A DNA stretch of 64,000 bases from assembly GCA_028534125.1 (NCBI GenBank), contig CM052817.1:80850001-80914000 (forward strand). The letters run 5' to 3'. Position numbers and translations under genes: made by a program. Shown here one piece after another: positions 51,243 through 64,000 of the stretch (its first letter is position 1; each line of letters opens with the position of its first letter). The notes beneath the pieces are model-generated. The model saw only the letters and a list, made by a program, of their open reading frames with translations. It did no database searches and was not told where the DNA came from. The stretch comes from Lama glama. Its lineage: Eukaryota.

Positions 51243-51480
51243 AGTGCTGTGCTAAACCACACTGAAACCACCTTGAGGCAAAAAGAAAATTCAGTAAGTC
51301 TACTCATGCCTTTATTAAAAATTTTGATATTTTGTTCATCATGGATTTTTTGTATTACTTTTGATTTTTTAAAATGCTGAATTAAGGTATTACTTATCTT
51401 AGTTACTTAGTTTTGGGGTACAACTTAACTTTTATACCTGAGGTGAGGGCCTCACCCACCTCATGCTAGTCCCAGACCTG
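51243..51480 (-). mobile_element. hAT-Tip100-type DNA transposon relic (ORSL-like; subfamily uncertain)
   Basis: aaaattttgatattttgttcatcatggatttttt core; end gcctcacccacctcatgctagtcccagacctg. Confidence 0.65.
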
Positions 51481-51599
51481 CTCCAGGTCCTGCCTGCTTC
51501 TCTGGAAACCCACCAAGTTCAGGAGAAGAGACAGTGTTTGCATTGGAGCAGGGAGAGAAATGCAGGGGTTTTCAAGCATCATTTTGGAAAATATTGAGA

Positions 51600-52135
51600 G
51601 GTTTATTAAAAAGTACATAAAGGAAAAAATGTACATAATTTTTCATTTCATTCTTAATGTTCTCATTCATGTTGTTTTCAAATTTATATAAAATCAATTT
51701 AAGATGAATCTTGTGTATGGAAAACAATTAAACCATATAGACAGATAAAAATAAAAACCTTAAATTCTAATTCTTTTCCCTCACCCAAGCTTCCTTCCTA
51801 AGAGGTAAACATTTAACAGTTTTATATATGATTGATTACTCTCTTCAGTTTTGGAAATTTTTATTTGTAATATTTCTTTTAAGGCCTCTCCCTCCCCTGT
51901 TTTTTTCTTTTCCCTCTTTTGGGAACTCTTAATTGTTAGGTTTCTGGTCTCCTGAATTGAATTCTCTTGTTTGCTTTTTCGCCTTGTCCTTTTGCTCTTT
52001 GTTGTAAGGGAATTCCTCAAATGTATCTTCCAGCCCTTGAGTTTACTTTTACATTCTGGCAATTTTAATTTTAATTTCCATTAAGTCTTTTTCCCTGCTC
52101 CTTTTTCATAGCAACCTACTCCTATTTTATGAATC
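51600..52135 (-). mobile_element. Old L1/HAL1 remnants including ORF1-like sequence
   Basis: ORF 51781..52062 (NLTIKSSQKREKKKTGEGEALKEILQIKISK) echoes L1 ORF1 N.RI.GVPE.E....G.E....EI..ENFP. Confidence 0.55.
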
Positions 52136-53605
52136 AGTAATCAAAATAAAATGTGTTACAAATAATAGTATGAACTGATATGGTTTGGGATATAAGGTAG
52201 GGCTTTCTTGGGAAAAATGACATTTGAGTGGAAATTAATCAATGCTAAGGAACTAATTGTAGAAATGAAGAACTACCTATTTAAGGTGAGGTGAGAGCAA
52301 GAGCAGTCCAGAAATAGGAATGTAGATTGAAGATTTGTCCATTCAAAGGGTTCTTCAATAGGCAACATATTTACAGATATGGTTTCAACTGAGCACATAG
52401 CTTTGGGTAACCCATAGGTTTCAAGTATAGCACTGTCACCCTTAGTGTCTCAATATTATTTTAGTTGTAATTTTATATACCTCATTGGCACTAGAGTTAT
52501 TTAAGGACATTTTCAAGTCTGCATGTGTTGGCCTTTTTTTGTTGTTGGTAATATCTTATGTATAACTTAAAAAATTTTCCTGTATTATTTGAAAATACAT
52601 ATATTTTCAGCATTTTGGAATTAATTGAGTTTTTCCTATGAGAAAATAACACCTGTGAATGTACCATGAGACCTCAGTAAGTAGTTAATTCAACTTAGGG
52701 TGCTCTAAGTCCTATGAAGATTTATACATAAAGTTGCACAAGGCAACCTTATTTAAAGTCCCCATTACGATATTCATAGGTTTGTTTTACTTCATTTCTT
52801 AACATTTCTTTCAATGTTAACATTTCAACATTTTTAAACTTCATTTTGATTTTGTATATCTCTATGACATATTATTCTGCTCATAAACTTTCATAGCTGT
52901 TATCTCTTCTTATCAGTATTAGATAACCTTCTTTTTCCTGTTATGTATATTTTTTACCTTGAAATCTCTTTTGGCTGAATTGATTTTATAACCTTTGCCT
53001 TTGCCTAATAAATCTCTCTCAGGCTCGTGCTTTTAACTATCCTGTATAACTTTTAAGAAATTTGGGCTATAAAAAAATTAAGATTAGATTTTTTTTCACA
53101 TGACATGAGAAACTTTATTATTTTAAATCCAGATTAATACACAAAGTTAAATTTGAAATTATGTATCTTCTAAGACCACTTTTAAAAACTGTGCCTTTAA
53201 TTTTGTATTTAGACTTACAATTGTTTAGATTACTTATATGATTAATTGTTTTAAATTATATTTTGTCATCCATATTCTTCAGTTCTTAATTTTTATTCTT
53301 CTCTAGCCCTTTATATTTTCGAAGACCACCTGTGTCATGTATTTCATGACTCTTTATGTGTATATTGATGCAGATACAAAGGACACGCTGGTTATTGTCT
53401 TTTTTTTCTCAAAACTATGTTGCTCCTTTTGTTTTCCAATATTTACTGTTTTACAGAAGATATCTGAGATAGCCCATTCTTTTTACTTTATAATTAATAT
53501 ACTAGTTCTTCCTGGATTTTTCCATACTTTTATGTGTAGTCATATAAAAATGTGTCTGAGTTATATCTGTTTATAAATTTTTTCCTGGAGTCCATGGTAA
53601 ACTCC

Positions 53606-53607
<2 letters not shown>

Positions 53608-53658
<51 letters not shown>
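53608..53658. repeat. (TG)25 microsatellite
   Basis: Perfect run read directly. Confidence 0.97.
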
Positions 53659-53662
<4 letters not shown>

Positions 53663-53724
53663 CAAGACATTAAGACTATATTCTTCTTTGACTTATAATC
53701 CCAGGAACAGTATAGTGAGCACCC

Positions 53725-53870
53725 ATTTAACCATTAGAAAGCTCAGTTTCCTCCTCTCCAGATGAGACTAATATAAACTAACTCAGAGGATTATTTTAAG
53801 AATTAAATGAGACAATTCAGCTAAAGTATTTAAAAGAGTGCCTGGCACCAAGTAACAGCACATATTAAAA
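53725..53870 (+). mobile_element. MIR SINE
   Basis: ctcagtttcctcctct...gatgag...aattaaatgaga...gagtgcctggcac. Confidence 0.8.
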
Positions 53871-56362
53871 GAGAATATTCTTCAGTTCAGATAAGCTTAC
53901 CTTAATTGTTTTTTATTCCTTCTGTTCAAGTTATTCTTGTTTTTCCACTCAGAAATGGCTAGAATTCTAAGTTTTCTCTCCATTCTTCAGTCCTTTAGGT
54001 CTATCATCTCTCCCAATTCTTTTTTTAATATCTTGTCTTAACATTCTGGTAAACCCCAATTTTGCCTTCATTAATTTGTGGGGAATTATGTTCCACAAGA
54101 AGACAGTTTGAGAAACAGAAGTCTAGAGCATGCTTGCTTTATTGAAGTGGAACATGCTTCCCTTTCTTCCGCCTGCCCTGGTTGTCTGATACGCTGGATT
54201 GAAAAATGTCTGAAAAACTATATTATGTAACATACTCAATTATCAATACCATTCTAAGTCCACTTGCCAAAAGTGTTTTAGCTGATGTTCTAAACTGGTC
54301 TGAAGGTGTCACTTTGCTTGGAGTCCACTCTGAGGACCTGATGTCTGTGCCGGGGAAGCTGTGTTCTCTCTCATTAAACCAAGTCACATCTTCTTTGCTG
54401 CTTTTGGAGGGCGGAACTGTGGGTGCACGAAGGTCTCTTGTGTTTGCTGGAGCCATTGATGCCTGGACACTATGCTATTTTCCAAGCAGAAGTAGGGAAA
54501 AATGTCTCTTTCTCCATAATTGTAAATTGTCATACCTGTTCCATACAAGCATCATTTAATCTCTAAATGTTTTACAAGAGTTTCTAAGAAACCATTATTC
54601 ATGGTTATGTCTCTGCTTTTACACATAGTCTCTGCTTCAGCTAAGATTTCAATGTAAGTTCATGGGGCAGCAGCCAGGACTGTCTCAGAATTGGTCTCCA
54701 CTGACAACTGAGAGATCAGCAATGCTGGCTCAAGAGCCTGATTTTCTCTTCTCACAAGAGGAGTTTTTCTCTGTAAAGATTCCTTGGTCACACATGCAGA
54801 AGGACTGCTGGTGGCTCAGGCGGGCCTATCTCCTTGATCCTGGGTGGAGCCTCCCCTGACTTGCTCCACAGCACACACTTCCCTGCTCCCACAAGCGTGT
54901 TACCGAGACTTCCTCCCACGTGGGAAACACTGATATGTTTCCACAGTAGATTAACACCACAATCTTGGATGTTTTTATACGGACAAGGAAGAACATTCAA
55001 AGATGTGAAGTGACTTTCCTAATGTGTTAGTCACGTAGTTCGTAGTAACACATCTGGGACCAGAAGTTAACTTTTTAAACTCTAGATCTCACTTACAAAA
55101 AAAATTACAAACCACTCTGCTTCTTTGCTTCTTTTCTCTCGGCTAATAGTCTACTTAATCCATGAATACCCATATCTCACCCAGACATGGCTCTAAAAAC
55201 TAGAATATTATAACAAAAATGGTATCTTTTTCTGGACCTAATAAATAAAATCAACACATTCAGGGTTTAGACTTTAAAAACTAAATTAACCCTAGGAGAA
55301 CTTCAAAATAGATGATAAACTACAATAACTTATTTCTAAAAAGTTGCTACAAGTGTTAACAACAAAACTCTGGTGACAAATGACTACTACCCTTATGAAG
55401 GGATGGTCTTAAGACTCAACAAAAATAAAAAGTTTCTTGACCCACTACAGCGCCATTTATTAACAGATTTCTCACAGCAATATTAAGGTTAGTTGTGGGT
55501 GCACTCAGTGAAGGAATTGCTTCTTTGGTTCAGTGTCATTTTTATGGTAAATGTCTCATGCTATTCATTCACTGAATATTTTAGACAGCATTTTACTATT
55601 CCATAATCCTTCTCCATTCAGTTGTGTTTTAAGATACTTAGAAGGCAGTGACAACACAAATCTCATTCCTGTCTTGCAGTGAATATCTTTTCCGTTCTTT
55701 CCTTTCTATGCACAAAATTTCTTATGTAAATACAAGTGAGAGGAAGTAGGTATACCAAAGGGGTCCAATTCTGCTAGTCTGGGGCCTTTTGCAAAGGAAG
55801 GTTGCTCTCTCTGAAAACAGAATGTCTGGAAGACAAGAAGCCTTAGGTCAGGCCAGCTGCTGGGCAGACACGCAGGGAACAGCCTGACAGTTTTCCATCT
55901 CCACTGGCAACCAGAAAAGGCATTTCTTACCCAACTGCCCTCCCTTTGTTATAGCACTGTAAATGGCAGTGCAACTCTGCTTCCAATAATGGCTGAGACT
56001 CAAAAAACATACTCATACTTCAAAACAGAAATTATGCACCTAGGAATCTATGTTGAAAAAATAAATTTAAAAATTAAAAAAAATAATAGTGATAGTCAAA
56101 GCTTTCAGATAAATGACCAATTTGGTTGAAATGGTAGTTTGTCAACATTAATATTTAAAGTTAACACAAATCCAAGTCCCTGGCTACTACATTTTTATGC
56201 CATAGATATCTCTATGTTTGGAAGTGTCAAAGATTTATCTAAGGTAAAGATTAAATACCAGACAGGGAATCTAAACCCCCAAACAGGGAACCCAATTTTA
56301 ACGTTTATGCTACCAACCAGTTTTCTCTTGTTAACTTCAAATGTATTTTAAATGTTGGTGGG

Positions 56363-56744
56363 TGTGTTAGTTTTCTAGGTCTGCCATAGCAAAATACCAC
56401 AACCCGAGTGACTTAAACAACAGATTTTTATTTTTTCATAGTTCTGGAGGCTGGAAGTCCAAGATCAAGGTACCAGTAGGTTTGGTTTCTGCTGAGGCCA
56501 CTCTCCTTGGGTTGCAGATGGCCACCTTCTCACTGTGTCTCCACATGGTCCTTCCTCTGTACATGCACATCCTTGCTATTTCTCTCTCTTATAAGGACAC
56601 CAGTCATATGGGTTTGGGATCCACCCTTATGATCTCATTTAACCCTAATTACCTCCATAAAGGCTCCATCTTCAAATGCAGACACTTTAGGGGTCAGGGC
56701 TTCAATATTACTAATTTGGGAAAGAAATGATTCAGTCCATAACA
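56363..56744 (-). mobile_element. MaLR solo LTR (MLT1A/B-like), complete, with 5-bp TSD
   Basis: tgtgttagtttt...ttctggaggctggaagtccaagatcaagg...ttataaggacaccagtcata...attcagtccataaca. TG..CA ends; GTGGG on both sides (56358-56362 and 56745-56749). Confidence 0.93.
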
Positions 56745-57126
56745 GTGGGCTATTTTTGCTCACTGGCCTATCAGAAGAGAGAAATTTCACATGAAGCCAA
56801 AATTTCTACAGAGGTTATTTTTGCTTGGAGATATTTTACTGAGTTCTTCTGTCAAATGAAAATGTGAAAGGATCTTGCCTACTGACTGAGAGATAGATGC
56901 ACATGTGTTTTTCCCTCCCATTGTCCTCTTTCACATAATTAAACAGTGAAAGAGATTCAGTGACACTTGGAATTTCCATTTGTAAATTTTGTACTTGAAA
57001 TAAACCTTTTATCATTGCCTTACCTCACAGACCATAATTTTGAATCTCATAGCTTTATTCCTGTTTTTAGGTTTTGTTGGTTTAAATATTAAATTTATAT
57101 TTCACATTAAAAAAATCTTTTCTGGT

Positions 57127-57662
57127 TGTGGTACCCAGTCTCCAAGACAGCCCCCAGTGATGTCTGCCTCCTTGTTCCATGCTTGCATATAATCCTCCAT
57201 ATTAAATCAGGTTTGCTGTTATGTGACCAGTAAATTGCAGTGAAATTGACAGTGTGTGACTTCTGAAATTTGATCATAAAAGTCATTGCAGCTTTTGCTT
57301 TGGCCTTTTGGATTGCCTGCTCTTGCAGAAGCTAGCCACCATGCCACTAGCCAAACATATTCAGACAGGTAACAGAGAGGTAATTTCTTTGTGGAGAAAT
57401 GGGGTCCCTCGTCCAAAAACCAGTACCAACTATCAGCTGTGACAGTCAGACACCCTGGAAATGGAACTTCTGGCCTCAGACAAGTTTTGAGAAGACTGCT
57501 GCTCCAACTGACATCTGACCACTATTGATAGACCCCCAGGCAAATCCCCTCACCCAAGCTCTTTACAAATTCCTGACCCACAGAAGCTGTGAGAAGAACA
57601 GATGGTTGCTTGTGACACTAAATTTGGGGTAATTTTCTGTATAACATTAGATAAGTGAAACA
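57127..57662 (+). mobile_element. MaLR solo LTR (MLT1F-like)
   Basis: tgtgg...ctccaagacagcccccagtgat...gtgtgtgacttctga...aattcctgacccacagaagctgtgaga...cactaaatttggggtaattt. Confidence 0.85.
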
Positions 57663-57954
57663 GGTTGAGTGTTGTAAATATAATTCAACTTCACAATTTT
57701 TTAAAGTTATGATCATTACTTTATTATTTTAAAATTTATTAAATGTTATTTCTCTGTGTTTAGGGCACTGGCTTTATTATATCCTGAGTATTTTCCCCTG
57801 TATTTTACTTTTCAATATGTCTGAAAATATTCTTTTCTCCCCTTCCTTTTCCCCTCTTTTGTCCCTCTTTCTCTCCTTTCTTTTTCTTTGTTCTCCTTCT
57901 TTCCTTTACTAATTCTTTTCTTTGCCCTATAAGTATTGATTTAATACCTATAAT

Positions 57955-58396
57955 GATTAAAAATTTATTGCAACTCCTCCCATCAAGAGGTAGAGTCTGT
58001 TTCCCCATATCCTTAAATCTGAGCTGGCATTAAGGCTTGCTTTGACAGACAGAATGTTGTGGAAATGATATGCCAGTTCTGAGTCTAGCCTCTGAGAAGT
58101 CTTGTAGCTTCTATTTTTGCTCTCTTTGAGGTCACCATGTGAGGAAGCCAAGGCTAGCCTATTGGAAGACAGAATTGGAAGATGAACCATACCTGTTCAG
58201 ACCCCTAGACCAACCAGCCCCAGACAACCCACAGCTGACTGCAGCTTCACAAGTGACCTCATTAATTAGCCAGAAACGACTTAAAAAAGAACTTTCCAAC
58301 TGAGCCCATGGAATCACGGGAAAATAGAATGGTTGATTGTTCAAAACCCACCATGTTTGGTGATGATGTGCTCTGTAGTAATAGAAAACGAATACA
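57955..58396 (+). mobile_element. MaLR LTR (MLT1G/H-like)
   Basis: actcctcccatcaagaggtagagtct...ttgctttgac...ccatgtgaggaagcc...ccaactgagccc...atagaaaacgaataca. Confidence 0.82.
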
Positions 58397-59273
58397 ATAC
58401 CCATGGCAGTCATTGCTAGTATTCAACCCCAACATCCACTCTTTCTTCTTCCTGGGTAAAAGAACTTCCTTTTTTTTTTTTTTCTGGGCACTGATTGCCA
58501 CCTATAATAGAAGGTCTTGCAAGAACTGCCAGGAGCCATATCATTAGGGGAAGTTGTAGGAAAGATTCAGTAAGTCGTGTTGGTTGCCTGGAAGCATTTA
58601 GCAAAGTGCTATGGAGAGAAAGGAATTCAAGTCAGAGTGGCCACTCAGGATGTGTGATTTTGCTGGGGGGAGGCAGTATCTGACTCTGATGTCTAAATTG
58701 CCCAAGTGTTCTGTAATTTGACATCTTGTTAGGTAAAAAAATCCAACTGTTTTTGCACCCCAAATTAAAGCTGCTATAAACAGTGAGTGAAAAACTGAAG
58801 AGGCTATAAGCAATCTACTGGCAGAGATGAAATTAACTGTATTGCCTTTCTATGCAAAACCATTATTTCGGAAAGCCTCAAATCATTAGCAGTTACGTGG
58901 AGCAGCTAGGAGAATGAGAGGACAGTCCATTAAGTGAAAGACAAGAGACTTTGCATTTAAATTTCATTTCTAGAAAGACACTTGGCTGTGGTTATTCAAA
59001 CATGAAACTGACTTGAAGCCAATTAAAAAGAAGTATAACGAACTTTAGAGAGAATTACAGTGCTGAACAAAACCAAACCAAACAGAAACAACAAATAAGC
59101 CTAGAGCCTGGCTGAGAGTAGCTGGACACCAAACTTAGAGCTGCAGGAAGGAGGTTTAAAGAGATGAGCAGCCTCTAGACCCCCAGCTTCACCCAGTTCA
59201 CACCTCAGTTGTGAACAAGCAAGAATCTTTCTTAGGGCAGAGCCATCAGTTTCACGGACAGCTGGTAAAAGAG

Positions 59274-59843
59274 TGTATTAGTTTTCAATGCTGTATAACA
59301 AACTGCTGCAAACTTATTGACTTAAAAGCAAAACACATGTATTACTCACAGTTCCTGTGAGTCAGGTGACCAGGTGTGACCTAGCTGGTCCTTGGCTCCA
59401 AGTGTCCGAACAGGTAGGCTGGATTGCATCCTCATCTGGAGACTTGGCGAGAATCTGCTTCTGAGCTCCTTCAGATTGTTGGCAGAATTCATTTCTCTGT
59501 GGCTGCAAGACTAATGGTTTCAGTTTATTGCTGAAGCCAGTCCTCAGCTCCTAGAGGCTGCTCATGGTTCCTCGACATGTAGGCTTCTCCAAGTGGCCAT
59601 TCATTTTATGACAACTTGCAGTGGAGAGAGAGAGAATAGAGGGAACAAATCAGTCTGCTAGCAAGAAGGAGTCTTATAGAATGTAATGTAGTTATGGGAG
59701 TGACATCCCATCACATTTGTCGTGTTCTTTTGGTTCAAAGTAAGTTGCGGATCTGACCCACACTCAAGGGGTGAGGATCATACAAAGGTGTGACCACCAG
59801 GAAGTGGGATCATAAGGGCCACTTTAAAGCCTATTTGCTATAG
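59274..59843 (-). mobile_element. MaLR solo LTR (MLT1E-like)
   Basis: tgtattagtttt...cacagttcctgtgagtcagg...ttgttggcagaattcatttc...gggagtgacatcccatcac...cccacactcaagggg. Confidence 0.85.
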
Positions 59844-60879
59844 AAAAACTTTCCAGAGGAAGTAACCAGGGCTTCTAGGTGGGCTAAAGAAGGAGTTTAA
59901 CTCCACCTTTAGGAGCTGGAGTCTTTGCTTTACTGCCTAGCCAAACTTAATGATTGTTATGGATCAGAAACTATTGCATCTACTACTTTACTGTATTTAG
60001 AGATTAACTTTACTAAGATTATTTTGTTCTTTCTCCAGTGTTTTGTAGTGGGTATACTGGAGGCAGATAACTTGCATTTTAGTTTATAAATCATCGAACC
60101 ACAAGAAGCACATTAGGACTAGCAATCTCAGAACTGGAGTTAAGTGTAGTCACTCGATAGAATTTAGGGTCATTTCTTGAGCATGGAGAGGGTGTGTTCC
60201 ATGGAGGGGAAGAATATAAATGTCTGTTTGAGTAGCCAAAGAGGCAGATTTTGTCAAAGAATATTAGTTCTATGCCATCAGACCCACTCTCATCACTCTA
60301 TCCTTTCAAATTTTAGCTAGGCCCATGGAAATTTGTTATGAAGATGGTGAGTAGTCAATACAAGACATTAACCAGGGTTTCTAGATGTCCTGCAAACACA
60401 GAACTGTGTTGTACAACAAAAAGTTGTCCTGTAACACTCATGGATTTCTTTTTTTTTTAAACTGTCTCCATTTTTATTAAAAATTGTATTGAAGTACTTA
60501 TTCAATAGTATATTGAGGAAAGAACAATACATTGAAGAAAATTGAAGTTTTAAAACTTTAAAGGTGTAAATATTGAGGAGAATAAATACAACTTTACTCC
60601 AGATCATGTAATTCTCTAAACACTCATGGCTTTCAAATGTCTTCCCCCTATATTATATGAAATACTGTTTAGTTATCTGAGTCTAATCTCTATATGTGTA
60701 TATGAAAAACGTGTTTACAGTTATCTGAGTCTAATCTCTAATCCTAGCTAAAAATAATCTTGAATATTTTTACACATTTTTGATATACTTTGTGTTATCC
60801 AGAAAAGCAACTATGGTATAAATTGAGATAAGAAATGTATTTTGAATGCGCATAGAATATACATAAAGTCTAAGTAGAT

Positions 60880-62390
60880 GTATATGTATTATAGAGATTG
60901 AATCTGTAATTAAAGACTTTCCTGCCAAAAAAATCCCAAATCTCTAGTTACAAATGGCTTGACAGGTTAATTCTAATATACATTTACAGAAAAAATAATA
61001 ATAACCTCATTCAAACTTGTTGACAAAAAAAGGCAAGGGGAGGATATTTCTAATTCATTTCATTAAGCCAATATAAACCCAATACAGAGCAGGCAAGGAC
61101 ATTACAAAAAGGGAAAAAAGCACATACCAATATCCCCCATGGACCCATATAGAAAAAAAATTTAAATTACATACTAATAAATCAGGTCCAGTTATATTAA
61201 AAGAGCAGAAGTACATCATGATGTACTTCATTTTATCCAGTGACTTGCTGATAAATATTTAACAACTGGCTCTCCAAATTAAAAAGGGATATATGGATAT
61301 TATATATACATAGGCACACACAAGTTCATTATAAATTTACTGATATAAAGGATATTTACTATAAGATCTATAAATCTTAATAAAATATAAATTATTTTTA
61401 CTGTTAATTCCATATAGTTAATTAGTCTCATTGATTTTATTGACTTTTACTGAACTATATTTGTCGACAACCTATGGTTGCAACAGATGAATAAGTGCAG
61501 TTTCAATATAAATGTTGGTTGATATTTTGGTTTACGTTAATGAGTAAGACAAAAGTGAAATAACAAAAGTGTAGTAGGACTTCACCCATTCATCAATAAT
61601 ATGAGCACCATTTTTTGCTGAATCAACTAATGGTTTTCAAATACTGGAAGTTAGTTTAATCAGTTTTGTCTTATACACAATATAATGGCTAGACACACAC
61701 ACTTTTAAGTGAAATCAGCATTATTAGCTTTTTCTTCCTCACTTTTATAAGGATAGATAATCAATAAAACAATAAATCAAGCTTTGATTTGTAATATTTG
61801 CTTATTGTCATGGTGCAAATACTTCCAGCATGAGCGTTTAAGCTATCAATGTGACATCACTGAGCAGGAGTAGGGAGGCATACCACTACATAGTATTTCC
61901 ATCGTACAGATAAAATAGATAAAAATCACCTCAAGAGCACAGGTGATAGTAAAATGTAATAATTAGGAAGTGATGAGTTTTGAGTATTTAGTTCTTTTGC
62001 TTTTAATACATTCTCTTCTTAAGTTTATATAATTTAGTATTTAAAAATGTCTGTATTTAAAACTAGCTAGAAGAATTCTTGAAAATTGAACTATTGACTC
62101 TTAGGGGTTGGTACAATCTTATTCCAGCACAATACTGGTTTTATCCTAGGAATGCAAGATTGATATAACATTTTAAAATGAGCACTATAATACACAACAT
62201 CAACAGGATAACAAAGAAAAAATCACGTAGTCTTTTCAATAAGTGAGTAAAAATATCTGATACAATTCAATAGTCATTGATAACAAAAACTCTCAGCTAT
62301 CTATAACTTTCAAAAGTAGCCTCATCAATGTGATAAATGGTATCTGCAAAAACCTTACAGCTAACATCACAGTCAGTGATGAAAATGGTG
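60880..62390 (+). mobile_element. Old L1 ORF2 (RT region) fragment split by a MER63 insertion
   Basis: tacatcatgat...tttatc | ctaggaatgcaagattgatataaca corresponds to the L1 HHDQVGFIPGMQGWFN motif; also aaaccttacagctaacatca (KP.ANI). Confidence 0.8.
61238..62137 (-). mobile_element. MER63 (hAT-Blackjack) DNA transposon relic, long C/D-type, with TIRs and 8-bp TSD
   Basis: TIRs cagtgacttgctg / cagcacaatactg; internal taattaggaagtgatgagttttgagtattta and aaatatttaacaactggctctc; TSD attttatc / gttttatc. Confidence 0.87.
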
Positions 62391-63799
62391 GTGAGATACG
62401 GGTAAGGCATGGGTAAGTCTGCAATAGTACTAACTGACCAGGGCAATAGGACGCAAGAGCAGAACAATGAGTTAGTTGATGGCAGTTATACAGAAACTGA
62501 AGTTACAGCAACACTTTGGAAGCCTCAAGCTTCATAAAATTAACATTTATGTGAAAGGAATGGACTTACAAGTCCTATGAGGTAGCAACAGAGACTTTCT
62601 TACACAACAAGACGCTGCTTAAGAGCTAGAGGCTCAGATGAGAATCATCTCAGACCGTGCAGTCAAGTTCCTGTACCAACCAAGAATCAACAGGTTGGCA
62701 TTCCAGATTCTGCAACCGCAGCTAGTCTGAGACAGTGCGGCTTTTCTTTTGAGTCTGGTAGAATTACTGCATTGTTGGGAAGGTAACTCCAGGAAATTAT
62801 AAAAAGCAAAAGTTAGCAAGAAGAATTACAGTGATGCAAAAGAAACTTAAATCCAGAATATTAAGTTTATATCTTCTTTCTATGTAATAACATTTCTGTG
62901 TTTTTTCTTCTAATTATAATGTATAATGCATTTAAGAGAAATGGATAGGCTAGATTTAAAGTTTTAATTGGATGTTTTGAAGGATTTTATTAAGTAGTTT
63001 TGCAGATAATGAGGAAATTTGTTAAATACATGAATTTTTATTTGTTAATTTTATAAATATTGTGGCTACTTAGAGGAATGCTGTTTGTTTAATGTTAAGA
63101 AAATGTTAATGTTTAAATAACAAAATAAATATATTATGCATTAAATAGGAGAGGTGGTGATAAATTTCCATATCAGTGTGTGACAATCCATTCAGACATC
63201 GACAATTCCATCGAAAATATAGACAAATGTTTAAATTCAAGGATGTTCATCCAGAATTATTCATAATAGTAAATATTATCTAATGATCTAATCTAGGACC
63301 CTAGGTGAGCAGATTAGCACTTATAATCATTGGATACTAATAAAATAATTTGTAGAAATGCTATACAAAATATTCAATATAAAGAAATATGTGAAAAGAA
63401 CAAAGGAGAAAATATTGTATATAATATTTAAAATTCTATTATAGATAGATGTTCAAATAAAATTTTGTTTCTTAGTTTAAAGGCCAGCCAGCGAGAAAAT
63501 ATGATTTTTTTTGGTAAGAATCTGTCAAGTCATAGAATAGAATAGACTATAAAGATCTAATAGCACAAAATTTTCCATTTGTAGTTTTTAAAAGCCTGTG
63601 TTCATAAAAGAAGTCTGGAAATAAGTGAGAAGTGCAAAATTCATTTATTAGGAATATTTTTTAACTTGGAAATACTTGTTTATGGTACAAACTCCCCCCA
63701 AAAAAATTTTCTCATAATTATATGTTACATGTGTACACGAACCTATGTATGTACATCTCTTTCTGCCCTGGTCATAAAACTCCATACATGTTCTTTCTT

Positions 63800-64000
63800 A
63801 CTCTTGTTTGGGGGGACTTTGGGGCCACGTAGGTAAGCTAGTGACACAACCAGAAGGAAGGAGATGGATGCTAGAGTCATCACATAAAGAATATGACCAA
63901 AGGCTTGAATTCGAGGTGACCTAAGTGAGACATGAAACTCTGTCATGTTAAACCACTGAGACCTGCGTTTATTTTGTTACCCTAACAAAGCCTGGCCTAT
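63800..64000 (+). mobile_element. Old MaLR LTR 3' fragment (MLT1J/K/L-like)
   Basis: gtgagacatgaaactctgtcatgttaaaccactgaga...ttgttacc...gcctggccta. Confidence 0.5.

Noticed and set aside
54126..54159. Two p53 half-sites (GAGCATGCTT, GAACATGCTT)
   Set aside because: 14-bp spacer, whereas strong p53 elements usually have 0-1 bp.
59246..59262. REST/RE1-like tcagtttcacggacagc
   Set aside because: The left half lacks the critical CAGCACC core.

Overview
AT-rich, CpG-depleted eutherian mammalian DNA, most likely camelid (inferred from two young L1 3' UTRs and the absence of Alu, B1, Bov-A, PRE or Can SINEs). I found no credible protein-coding exon, tRNA, rRNA or CRISPR array, so the window looks intergenic or deep intronic. 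Much of it is decayed transposable element sequence: old and young L1, HAL1-like, L2, MIR, MaLR/ERVL solo LTRs (MLT1, MLT2) and DNA transposon relics (MER20, MER63, MADE2, MER5, an hAT-Tip100-like element). It also holds microsatellites and a 500-N assembly gap inside a young L1. The listed ORFs are chance ORFs, L1 remnants or gap artefacts. Several repeat-poor blocks with retained CpGs and clustered transcription-factor motifs are candidate enhancers. I see no support for a novel biological system. The best leads are modest: candidate enhancers, an unexplained ~80-bp direct repeat pair with a palindromic core, a split inverted repeat, and nested insertions with intact target-site duplications (TSDs). 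Repeat family names come from recalled consensus sequences, not a database search, and boundaries of old elements are approximate.
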